This document shows, piece after piece, positions 51,272-60,500 of a DNA stretch of 64,000 nucleotides; the first letter of the stretch is position 1, and the number at the start of each line of letters is the position of its first letter. A program made the position numbers and the translations under genes. The stretch covers positions 1,013,426 through 1,077,425 of the forward strand of contig CAWJGJ010000002.1 in NCBI GenBank assembly GCA_963842395.1, written 5' to 3'. The notes under the pieces were generated by a model that worked only from the letters and a program-made list of their open reading frames with translations, was not told where the DNA came from and ran no database searches. The DNA comes from an uncultured Acidimicrobiales bacterium. GTDB taxonomy: Bacteria > Actinomycetota > Acidimicrobiia > Acidimicrobiales > VFJN01.

Positions 51272-52054
51272 TCATTCGCCGAGGGAGGCGAGGACGGCGT
51301 CGTGGACCGCGCCGTTGGAGAACACGACGGGACCGCCGCCGTAGATGTCGTGACGCCGGTGCAGGTCGCTGAACCGGCCGCCGGCCTCCTCGACGATCAC
51401 CGCCAGGGCGGCGAAGTCCCAGGGACCCCCGCCGAGCTGCACGCACGCCTCGACGCGGCCGTCGGCGACGAACAGCGCCCCGTGCTCGGCAGGCGCCCGG
51501 TACTCGGCCGACCGCTCGAGCCCGGCGACCAGCGCCTGTGACCGGGGCTCCAGCGCGTCCATCGGCGGGATGAGGCTGTACCGCCCCCGGGCCAGCTCGG
51601 TGCGGTCGCTCACCGCCACCGGCACGGCGGGGCCGCCACCGACCGAGAACCACGCCCCTGCTCCCCGGGCGGCCCACCAGCGCCGGTGGTCGGCGCCGCT
51701 GGTGCTGACGCCGATCACGGGCTCGCCGTCGACCTCGAGGGCGATCTCGGTGGCCCAGCCGGCCACGCCGGCCACGAACAGGACCGTGCCGTCGATGCCG
51801 TCGATGATCCAGCGCCGGCCCTTCGGCCCCGACTCGCCCACCTCCTCCCCCAGCAGGCCGTCCGCGGGCCGCTCACCGGCCACCAGCTCACGGATGCACC
51901 GCTCGACGGCGAGGTCGGTGGCGGACACCGGGCTGCCGTCCGGCTTGATCTCGTGGGCCACGGGGTCGCCGGTGAAGGCGGGGCCGCTCACGGCGTCGGC
52001 GGCGTCGGCGAGGCGGAGAGCGAAGGCGAGGTCGTCGGCGAGGTCGTGGGCCAT
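51272..52054 (-). CDS. Inositol monophosphatase family protein (HisN-like)
   Basis: KPDGSPVSATD, LLGEE, WIIDGIDGT, PWDFAA..VIVEEAGGRFSD. Confidence 0.92.
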   Translation of the reverse strand: MAHDLADDLAFALRLADAADAVSGPAFTGDPVAHEIKPDGSPVSATDLAVERCIRELVAGERPADGLLGEEVGESGPKGRRWIIDGIDGTVLFVAGVAGWATEIALEVDGEPVIGVSTSGADHRRWWAARGAGAWFSVGGGPAVPVAVSDRTELARGRYSLIPPMDALEPRSQALVAGLERSAEYRAPAEHGALFVADGRVEACVQLGGGPWDFAALAVIVEEAGGRFSDLHRRHDIYGGGPVVFSNGAVHDAVLASLGE

Positions 52055-52093
52055 GGCCGCAGTCTCGCCGACGGGCCGGGCGCGCCCGACAGC

Positions 52094-52540
52094 TCAACAG
52101 GCCGTCGTGGGCTCCGTGATGCCGAGGACGATGCACGCGGTGCCCTCGGCGGTGACCTGCTGCGGCCCACCGGGCAGCATGAGGAAGTCGACGGAGCCCT
52201 GCACCTGGACCGTGACCTGGTTGCCCTCGGCCGCGGCGAACGTGCCCGATCCGTTGCAGCTGTGGCCGGAGTGGGCGAGGAAGTCGCACGCGGCCGCCTC
52301 GGCCCCGGCCTCGTCGAGCACCTCGGCGCGGTTGGCGTGCAGCGCCTCCTCGGAGATGACCTGCGCGCCGGCCCGGGCCGCCGAGTCGGCCAGGTTGCCG
52401 GTGTGGCGGTGCTCCGCCAGCATCCGGCCTCCGTCGACCACCAGGCCCACCACGAACACGAGAGCCAGTGCGAACACGACCACGAACGCGGTGACCATGC
52501 CCTCGTCCGACCGCCCGCGGCGTCGCACCGCCCGCATCAC
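52094..52540 (-). CDS. TadG/TadE-like pseudopilin
   Basis: DEG|MVTAFVVV prepilin site, GLVVDGG, ADSAARAGAQ. Confidence 0.85.
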   Translation of the reverse strand: MMRAVRRRGRSDEGMVTAFVVVFALALVFVVGLVVDGGRMLAEHRHTGNLADSAARAGAQVISEEALHANRAEVLDEAGAEAAACDFLAHSGHSCNGSGTFAAAEGNQVTVQVQGSVDFLMLPGGPQQVTAEGTACIVLGITEPTTAC

Positions 52541-52984
52541 TCGCTCCGGTGGGCGTCGATGGGCTCCCAGGCGTCCTCGCTGACGGTCACGACGCCGGGC
52601 AGCGCCAGCAGGGCCAGGTCCCCGGTCGGGACGTCGCAGCGCACGGTGACGTGCAGGGTGCCCCCGGGGCCGAAGCCGTCGACGGGCACCACGTCGACGA
52701 CGGGCCCGCCCTGGCACTCGATCCCCTCGCCGGCCATGGTGGCGGCGGCGATGGACTGGGCCTCCGCCTCCGCGGCGCCCTCGCTGAACTGCAGCGACGC
52801 CACCCGGGCGGCATCGCTGGCCGCCGACACGACGTCGCTGCGGGCGTCGGTCAGCCGGCCGGCCGCGACCACCAGGAAGAGGAAGCCGATGAGCACGGGC
52901 ATCACGAGCACGAGCTCGGTCGAGGCCGCCCCGCGGTCGGTCGCCGCCGCGCCGCCACGACCGCCGCCGCCGGCCGCCGGTCAC
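52537..52984 (-). CDS. tadE: TadE-like pseudopilin, frameshift near 52940
   Basis: DRG|AASTELVLVMP, AASDAARVAS. GTG 52984 becomes in-frame if a 4-nt CCGA duplication is removed. Confidence 0.8.
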
Positions 52985-53451
52985 GGGCGGACCGCCCGCG
53001 GCACGCCGCCACCAGGCCGGAAGACCTCGACCGGCGTCTCGGCCACCTCGTTCACGCTGATCGAGAAGTTCACCCCGGGGATGACGACCACCTGGGACAC
53101 GTCGCCCTGCACCGTCATCCGCACCCGCTCGCCCCCGCCGACCACCTGACCGTTGACCACGGCGCCGGCGAGCAGCTCGGGCGCGAGCTCGTCCAGGAGG
53201 TCGCGCGCGGTCTGCTCGCCGGCCGCGGTGGCCGCCGCGGTGCCTCCCTCGAGGCTGGCGGTGTGGGCGCCCTCCTGCGCGGCGGCGCTGGCCACGCCGA
53301 TGGCGTGGAAGTACAGGCCCGCCTGCACGATCAGCATGATCATGAACAGGAAGGCGGGCGCGGCGATGACGAGCTCGGTGGTCGCCGCGCCGTCGTCCCC
53401 GCGCAGCCGGCGGGCGCGCGGCCGGCGGGCGCGCGGCCGACGTGGCGTCAT
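52981..53451 (-). CDS. tadE: TadE-like pseudopilin
   Basis: DDG|AATTELVIAAP, AAAQEGA. Confidence 0.87.
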   Translation of the reverse strand: MTPRRPRARRPRARRLRGDDGAATTELVIAAPAFLFMIMLIVQAGLYFHAIGVASAAAQEGAHTASLEGGTAAATAAGEQTARDLLDELAPELLAGAVVNGQVVGGGERVRMTVQGDVSQVVVIPGVNFSISVNEVAETPVEVFRPGGGVPRAVRP

Positions 53452-53663
53452 CCCAGGACGGCCAGCGCCCCGTCGATCTGCTCGCCGATGTCGGAGCCCT
53501 TGTTGGTCACGGCCTGCATGATGACCGTGGCGGCCGCGATGGCGCCGGCGGCCAGCAGGGCGGTGATGATCATCGCCTCGGTGGTCATCCCCCGGTCGTC
53601 GGCGTTCGCCTGCTGCAGCCGACCCCACAGCACGGTGATGAGCAGGACTATCGGTGCCAGCAT
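53448..53663 (-). CDS. Flp-type major pilin
   Basis: 71 aa, DDRG|MTTEAMIITALL; strong SD AAGGAG; directly after tadC. Confidence 0.82.
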   Translation of the reverse strand: MLAPIVLLITVLWGRLQQANADDRGMTTEAMIITALLAAGAIAAATVIMQAVTNKGSDIGEQIDGALAVLG

Positions 53664-53694
53664 GTGTGATTCTCCTTGGTGGGTGTCGGACGGT

Positions 53695-54606
53695 TCAGAG
53701 ACCGGTCATGACGAGCTGAGCGGCGGGATAGCCGATCAGGATGAGGAAGCCGAGGAAGAGCAACACCACCGGCACGGCCATCTTCTCGGTGGTGGACTCG
53801 GCCGTCGCCTCGGCCTCGGCCAGTGCGTGGTCTCGCAGAGACGACGCCTTGACGGCGAGCGACTCACGCACCCGGGCCCCCTCGGTGCCCGCCAGCGACA
53901 CGCTGGCCGACAGCTCGACCAGCTCGTCGACCCCGACCTCCCGGCCGAGGCGGGACAGCGCCGCCCACGGCGTCTCGCCGGTGAGCGCCGTGATGTCGAG
54001 TGCGTTGTGGAGCTGGGCGTAGGCCCAGCCCCGGCCCACGCCGGCTGCGTCGCGCAGCGCGGACTCGACGCCCGCGCCGCCCGCGAGGGAGATCACCACG
54101 AGGTCGAGGAACGACCCGAGGGCCCGCTTGAACTCCTTGCGGCGGTCGCCGGCCTCGCTGCGCAACGCCAGGTCGGGGCCGAAGAAGAAGAAGACCCCCA
54201 GGCCGAGCGCGGCGAGCACCGGCACGGTGAGCTTCACCTCGACCCCCGTGACCGCCCACACCAGCCCCAACATCATGGGCAGGGCCAGGCCGAACAGCCC
54301 CATCAGCACCTTCTGGGCCATGTGCTCCTCGACCGACCGGCCGACCAGCCGCAGGTCGGCTTCGAGCGAGTCGAGCCGGAGGCCGAGGGAGCGCATCAGC
54401 CGGGTGAGCGACGCGCCCACCGTGCGCCCGAGCAGGTCGTTGACGTTGCGGTCGCCCTGGTCGCGGTTGGTGATGCCCACCAGCTCGTTGCGGCGGCTGA
54501 GCCTGTCGATCGCGGCCTGGAGCGGTGGTGGCGCAGGGAACATCAGCCGCCAGGTGGCCAGGACACCGAAGCCGACCACCGCCCCCAACACCAGCGGGAC
54601 GATCAC
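53695..54606 (-). CDS. tadC: TadC / type II secretion F-family membrane protein
   Basis: FLDLVVISLAGGAGVESAL, LAGTEGARVRESL, EKMAVPVV. Confidence 0.9.
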   Translation of the reverse strand: MIVPLVLGAVVGFGVLATWRLMFPAPPPLQAAIDRLSRRNELVGITNRDQGDRNVNDLLGRTVGASLTRLMRSLGLRLDSLEADLRLVGRSVEEHMAQKVLMGLFGLALPMMLGLVWAVTGVEVKLTVPVLAALGLGVFFFFGPDLALRSEAGDRRKEFKRALGSFLDLVVISLAGGAGVESALRDAAGVGRGWAYAQLHNALDITALTGETPWAALSRLGREVGVDELVELSASVSLAGTEGARVRESLAVKASSLRDHALAEAEATAESTTEKMAVPVVLLFLGFLILIGYPAAQLVMTGL

Positions 54607-55457
54607 GAGCCCGTCCCGTCGGTGCGCAGGAACCTCTCCTCGGCGTCGATGCGGAACGAGCGCGACAGCCAGAAGAACGCCCCGCCGAAGCACAGCCCGA
54701 TGAGGGCGAAGACCAACTGGCCCTCGAGCGAGTTGTAGGGCTCCAGGTACTTGCGGTTGAAGACGACCAGGAACGTCGCGAAGAGCGTCGTGAAGACGGT
54801 GATGACCTTGACCGAGGTGCGGGTGCGGGCCCGGCCCGCCTCGATGCGCAGCCGCATGTTGACCTCGTCGCGGGCCGAATGGGCCAGACGGCCGAGGAGA
54901 TCGCCCAGGCGCTTGGGGCTCTTGTCGGCCGCCAGCACGAGCGCGGCCACCACCAGGTCTCCCGACGGGTCGTCGAGGTCGTCGGCGAAGATGCGCAACG
55001 CGGACGCCAGGCGGTCGCGTTCCAGCCGGGCGGCCAGGCGCACGACCTCGGGCCGGATCGCCTGGGGCGACACGCCCGCGGTGGCGATGATCGACTGCTC
55101 CAGCCCGCCGGCCCCTGCCATCGTGTCGCGCAGCATCTCGGCCCACGACGCCACGCCCTCGACCCGGGCGAGCTTGGCCTTCCTCTGGGACTCGCCCCCG
55201 AGCAGGCTGGGGGCCAGGAACCCGGCCGCCCCCAGCAGCAGCGCCGCCATGGGCCAGCGGGTGACGGTCCCCACCACGACGGCGCACGTGACGCCGAGCG
55301 CCACCCGCAGCACGAGGTTCTCGAACCGGTCGCGGGCGGCGACCACCGGCTGGCTCCGCGGGCGCACCTCGCCTGGGACGACCGGCCGCATGGCGACGGC
55401 GAAGGTCACCAGCCCCAGGGCGAACAGCGCCCCCAGCACCGCGGCGATCATGGTCAC
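54603..55457 (-). CDS. tadB: TadB / type II secretion F-family membrane protein
   Basis: WAEMLRD..AGAGGLEQSI, FADDLDDP..DLVVAAL, EAGRAR, YLEPY...GQ. Confidence 0.9.
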   Translation of the reverse strand: MTMIAAVLGALFALGLVTFAVAMRPVVPGEVRPRSQPVVAARDRFENLVLRVALGVTCAVVVGTVTRWPMAALLLGAAGFLAPSLLGGESQRKAKLARVEGVASWAEMLRDTMAGAGGLEQSIIATAGVSPQAIRPEVVRLAARLERDRLASALRIFADDLDDPSGDLVVAALVLAADKSPKRLGDLLGRLAHSARDEVNMRLRIEAGRARTRTSVKVITVFTTLFATFLVVFNRKYLEPYNSLEGQLVFALIGLCFGGAFFWLSRSFRIDAEERFLRTDGTGS

Positions 55458-55464
55458 CGGTCGA

Positions 55465-56394
55465 CTACCCGCCGCCCGTGTTGATGGCCTGGGCCTCGTT
55501 GACCGGGAGGTCGGGGAGCGTGGCCGTGCGGGCCACGGCGTTGGCGATGGGGAAGGGCCCCGCGTCGTTGACGGTGTAGGTCCCCGTCCACAGGATCGTC
55601 GAGGTGACGGTGTAGTGCCCCGCCCGCTCATAGGTGTGCGTGCAGTCGGAGGTGGCGCCCGCCTCGTACGGCGTGCCCCGGCCCGCGCACTCCATCGTGG
55701 TCCCGTCGCCGAGGTCGAAGCGGACGGCACCCGGGCTGGCCGTGGCGGTGACGGACATGCCCGGAACCGAGGCGGTCGCCGCCACGACGTCGTCGGCGCC
55801 GTCGACCCAGAACCACGTCGGCACCCCCACGAGGCTGCGACCGCTCGGGCTGCGGCGGACGGTCTGGGTGGGGATCAGGGCCAGCGCGTCGTCGATGGCG
55901 ACCTGCGCCAGGACTTGGGGGTTCACGGCCTGGAACTCGACCACGTCGACGAGCAGGCCCCACGGGCTCGACACGCCGGGAAGGAAGCACTCGAGGCGGT
56001 AGAACGTCGACGAGTCGTCGCCGCCGTAGGCGGCGTCCCAGTCCTCCTGGGCGACGGCCGTGAGGCGGTACTGCAGGTAGCCCTCGTGCTGGACGGTGCC
56101 GTCGTTGGCGCCGTCCTCGGTGCCCACGTAGTCGTTCGACTCGTCGGTGCAGGGCGGCGGGTCGTTGGCGACCGAGTTGAGCTCGGCCATCTCCGAGCGG
56201 GCCTGGGCCAGCAGCCCCTCCGGCGTGGGCGTCACCGCGCCCGTGCAGGTCGCACACGGGCCCGCCCCCGGCCCGTCCTGCGCCGCGGCCGGGGGACCAG
56301 CCGTGACCAGGCTCGCCCCGACGACCAGGGCGAGAGCCGCGCCGACCTTCAGGCCGGCCGTGAGGCAGCGGTGGATGCTCAGCCGGGGGTGCAC
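55465..56394 (-). CDS. Secreted Cys-containing protein with C-terminal PKD-like domain
   Basis: Signal peptide (AAA|Q); LVGVPTWFWV, ATASPGAVRFDLGDG, CAGRGTPY, DCTHTYE..G.Y.VT..W, EAQAI. Confidence 0.85.
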   Translation of the reverse strand: MHPRLSIHRCLTAGLKVGAALALVVGASLVTAGPPAAAQDGPGAGPCATCTGAVTPTPEGLLAQARSEMAELNSVANDPPPCTDESNDYVGTEDGANDGTVQHEGYLQYRLTAVAQEDWDAAYGGDDSSTFYRLECFLPGVSSPWGLLVDVVEFQAVNPQVLAQVAIDDALALIPTQTVRRSPSGRSLVGVPTWFWVDGADDVVAATASVPGMSVTATASPGAVRFDLGDGTTMECAGRGTPYEAGATSDCTHTYERAGHYTVTSTILWTGTYTVNDAGPFPIANAVARTATLPDLPVNEAQAINTGGG

Positions 56395-57008
56395 GGGTCG
56401 GTCCTCTCGGTCAGGAGGGCGATCTTCCAGACGCCGTCGGCGCGCTCGAGCTGGACGTCGAGGTGCTGCACCGTCTCGCCCGCCTCGCCGACGGGCTCGC
56501 CGCTGGCGAGGTCGACCATCTGCGTGTGGTCGACCATGCAGTCCACGAGGGTGGCCGAGTCGCCGACGACGACGACGTCGCTGGGGTGCAGCTCGGTGGA
56601 CGTGTCGGCCCCGGCGTTGATGCCGGCGTACTGCCGGAGCGTGCCCTGCAGCCGATCGAGGGTGTCGCCGGTGAAGCGTGCGAGGAAGTCGGGGTGCTCG
56701 GGGTCGGGCGGGTTGGCGGCGGCGGCGAAGGCGGCGAAGGCGGCCTCGTAGTCGCGCACCACCTCCTCCTCGGGTGTCAGGGCCTCGGTCGTGGTGGTGC
56801 CGGCCGGATCGTCGGCCCCGGTGGCGTCGGACCCGGCGTCGGCCGAGGTCGCGTCCTCGCCGGCCTCCGTGTCACCGTCACCACCACCCTCGCCGCCTCC
56901 ACCGCACGCCGCCGGTCCGACCAGGACGGCGACGGCCAGCGCGGCGGCCAGCGCCCGGGCGCGCGCGGCGCGGCTGACCTTCCACCGACGTGTTGTCTCT
57001 CCCAGCAC
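56379..57008 (-). CDS. Lipoprotein (NTF2/Mce-associated-like fold suspected); start uncertain
   Basis: Lipobox PAAC, TPEEEVVRDY, PPDPEHP, ATLVDC.VD, LERADGVWKI, DPC. Confidence 0.8.
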   Translation of the reverse strand: MLGETTRRWKVSRAARARALAAALAVAVLVGPAACGGGGEGGGDGDTEAGEDATSADAGSDATGADDPAGTTTTEALTPEEEVVRDYEAAFAAFAAAANPPDPEHPDFLARFTGDTLDRLQGTLRQYAGINAGADTSTELHPSDVVVVGDSATLVDCMVDHTQMVDLASGEPVGEAGETVQHLDVQLERADGVWKIALLTERTDPCTPG

Positions 57009-57098
57009 CCCAGTTACCCGCTTCCAGCCGCCCGCACGGCTCGTGCCCGCGAAACTAGCGGCTGCGACCGACCCCATGAACGCGCCGCGGCGTGCCGA

Positions 57099-57560
57099 TC
57101 AGCCGAAGTCCTCGGCCACCTCGCGGATGTCCTCGTCGTCGGAGCGGCCCGCGGAGGCGACGACCCGGGCCAGCAGTGCGGCCTGGCCCAGCCCGTCGAG
57201 CAGCTCGGCCAGCCGGCGGTACGCCTCCCAGTCGGCGTCGACGAGGGTGCGGTCCACCTCGGGGCCGAGCGCCATCGACAGCCAGCCACCGTCGAGGCGG
57301 CCCAGCGCCTCGCGGGCGGGAAGCAGGATCTCGGCGCGCGACACCAGCGCGGCCCGGTACAGCTCGGGCACCAGCTCCCGCACGTGCTCGTCGGGCAGCG
57401 TGCGCACCAGGCGCAGCGCGGTCGCCTGCCCGGGGCCGTCGGGCAGCACCTCGCGGAGCACCGACAGCATCTCGGGCATCGTCAGCGCGGCGCAGGCGAG
57501 CAGGTACCGCCGCTCGGCGTCGACGACCGCCTGCCACCGCTCGTTCTCGGCGGGCGTCAC
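57099..57560 (-). CDS. Putative immunity protein for the Rhs toxin
   Basis: 153-aa helical protein; GTGA overlap with the toxin stop; ends SDDEDIREVAEDFG. Confidence 0.75.
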   Translation of the reverse strand: MTPAENERWQAVVDAERRYLLACAALTMPEMLSVLREVLPDGPGQATALRLVRTLPDEHVRELVPELYRAALVSRAEILLPAREALGRLDGGWLSMALGPEVDRTLVDADWEAYRRLAELLDGLGQAALLARVVASAGRSDDEDIREVAEDFG

Positions 57561-60500
57561 TTGATCTTCCCTTCGTGCTGCCAGGGGAGGTCGTTGAACC
57601 CCTGGGTGAACTCCTCGGGCGGCATGTCGCGTGTCGGGTAGATCGTGTGGTGCGTCGGCGGCTGGGGCGACCCCGGGACGACGTCCGACCCGTCGGCCAC
57701 CACCGCGAAGCCGTCCGGCAGGTCGGTGCCGGCCGGCAGGCGGTGGTACTGGCCCGTGAGGCCCGCCTGGTTGGGGTCGGCGAAGGTCGACGCCCCGTGG
57801 GGCAGCGGCGGCTCCTCCGCGACGAACACCCCGTCGACGATCTCCATGTCCGGGCTGGGCCGGGGCGGGCGCGGCGCGGCCCTGTTCCCGAACGCGTGGA
57901 GATCGACGGGCGTCGTCGTCTCGTGGTGGATCGGCGGCGCGTCGCCGCCGCCGGCCCCCGCCGTCGAGCCGGGACCGAAGCGGTACCCCATGCCGCCCGT
58001 GGCCGTGCCCACGACGGTCTCGATGGCGACGTTCTCCATGTCGAACTGCCCGTCGCTGCCGGGGAAGGGCAGCATGTCGTAGCCCTCGGTGAGCACGCCG
58101 CTGGTGGCGCCGGCGCCGCCGCCCCGCAGCATGGCGTTGGTCAGGCTGCTGCCGGCGCCGCCGAACGCGAAGCCGACCCGCCCCGTGACGCCGCCGACGA
58201 GGCCGCCCTTGATGATGGCGCCCGCGTCCCAGTTGCCGGTGGTGACGCCCTGGATCAGCCCCGGTGCCATGCCCAGCCCGGCGCCCACCAGCGTGGCGAT
58301 GATCGGCCCGCCGGGGATGAAGAACGACGCCACCGTCAGTCCCACCAGGGCGACGGTGCCGATGTTCTGCCACTGCCAGCCGGTCTCCTGGGCGCGGATC
58401 TCGTTGTACTGGTCGATCGACAGCGGCTGGAGGCCGAGAGGGTCGGCGAGGCCCACGGGGTCGTTGGCGGCGTAGTGGTACGGATGGGCGGCCACCGGCA
58501 CGCCCGGGACGCCGGGCAGCGGGTCGGGGGTCAGGAACTGCCGGGTGCCGGCGTCGTAGACGCGGTGCCGCAGCCAGGTGAGGCCGCCGAGGTCGAGCTC
58601 GCCGAGGAAGCCCGGCCCGGGCTCGGCGCCGGCGCCGGCCCCGTCGACGGCGTCCCCCGTCGGCGCACCCCACGGGTCGCGCTCGGCCGCGCCGGCGGCG
58701 TCCGCGGAGCCCCGCCAGTCGGCGCCCAGCCACCGGACCGTCTCGCCGGGACCGCCGGGCGGGTCGCCCACGGTGCCCAACGCCTGGCCCGCCACGGTCA
58801 CGACCTCCCGGTCGTCGACCGCCACCAGCTCGGCGACGGGGCCGGTGGGATCCCATGCGAACCGGGTGCCGCCGATTCCGGCCAGGTGGCCGAGGGCGTC
58901 GACGTCGACGGCGCGCTCGCCCTGGCCGAGATCGACGCCGGTGAGGCGCCCGAGCCCGTCCCAGGCGAAGCGGCGGGACCGGGCGGGCCCCGTCTCCTCC
59001 GTGCGGCGGCCGGCGGCGTCGTAGGCGAACGCGGTGGTGCCCGCCGGGCCGGTGACGCCGAGGAGCTGATGAGCGTCGTCGTAGGTGTAGCTGGTGACGC
59101 CGTCCGGGCCCTCCTCCGCCACCAGGCGCCCGGCCTCGTCGTAGCGCCAGGTCCAGGCGCCGCCCGGCGTGACGGCCCCGACGAGCTGGCCGGCGGCGTC
59201 GTAGGCATAGCGGGTGACGCCCCCACCGGCGGCGGCCCCGCCGGTCGTCGCCTCGACCACCCGACCGGCGGCGTCGCGCACCAGCGTGGTGGCGCGCTCG
59301 CCCGCGGGGCCGGTCTCGCGGTACCCGACCACGACGCCGCCCGCGTCGCGGTCCCACGACCGCGCCACCCCGTCGGCCCGCAGCGCGACGAGCCGTCCGT
59401 CGAGGTCGCGGTCGAGCTCGACGGTGCCCCACCCGTCGCCCGCGGCCGAGGTCAGCCGGCCGGCGGCGTCGCGGGCGTAGGAGACGCCCCGCCCGGCCGG
59501 ATCGGTGCGCGACACCACCAGCCCGTCCCGGTCACGGCCCCAGCGCGTGACCGCGCCGTCGACGTCGAGCGAGGCCAGCCGCCCCCCACGCGACCAGCCC
59601 AGGGTGAAGGTGCGGTTGCGGGCCGGCTCGTGGACGAGGACCGGGCGCCCGGCCCCGTCGCGGTCGAACACCACGGCGTCGCGCCCGTTGAGGCGGACGT
59701 CGGTGGCCCGGCCCCGGCCGTCGCGCCGCCACTCGACCACGTCGCCGGTGGGCAGCTCGCGGCGGACCGCCCGGCCGGCGGCGTCGCGCTCGGTCCGGGT
59801 GGTGCGGCCCAGCTGATCGGTCACCGCCACCGGACGGCGCATCGCGTCGTAGGTCGTGCTCACCAGGCCGCCGAAGGCGTCGAGCACGGCCACCGGATCG
59901 CCCCGCTCGTCGTACCGCATCCGCACCGTGTTGCCCAGCGGGTCGGTGGCGGCCACCAGCTTGCCCCGCAGGTCGTAGCGGTAGCGGCGGGTGGCCCCCA
60001 GCGGGTCGGTCACCGAGGTGACCCGGCCGGCGTGGTCGTAGCCGGCCCGCCAGGTGCGGCCGCCCCGGCTCGTGGCCACCACCCGGCCGCCCAGGTCGTA
60101 GGTGCGGGTCTCGGTGCGGCCCTCGGGGCTGGTGGTGGCGACCAGCCGATCGCAGGCGTCCCACGCGAAGCGGGTGACCGCGCCGCGGGCATCGGTCAGC
60201 GACGCCAGGCGGCCCGCCCGGTCGTACTCGCTCGTCCACCCCCGACCCTCGGCGGTGGTCGCGGTCCGTACCCTGCCCGCGGGCGTGTAGGTGTAGGCCA
60301 GGGTGTCGCCGTCCGGGAACCGCACGCGGGCCGGCCGGCCCCACGCGTCCCACTCGTAGGCGACGGTGGCGCCGCCGGGGCCGTCCTCTGTGACGAGCCG
60401 GCCCTGGGCGTCGCGGGTGTAGCGGGTGGCGTGGCCGGTGGGGTCGATCACCTCGGCCAGGCGGCCGGCGACGTCGTAGCGCTGGTGCACCTGGTCGCCC

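Noticed and set aside
57009-57098. Riboswitch (c-di-GMP/c-di-AMP) ahead of the Tad-associated operon
   Set aside because: The region is short and I could not find the conserved aptamer motifs.
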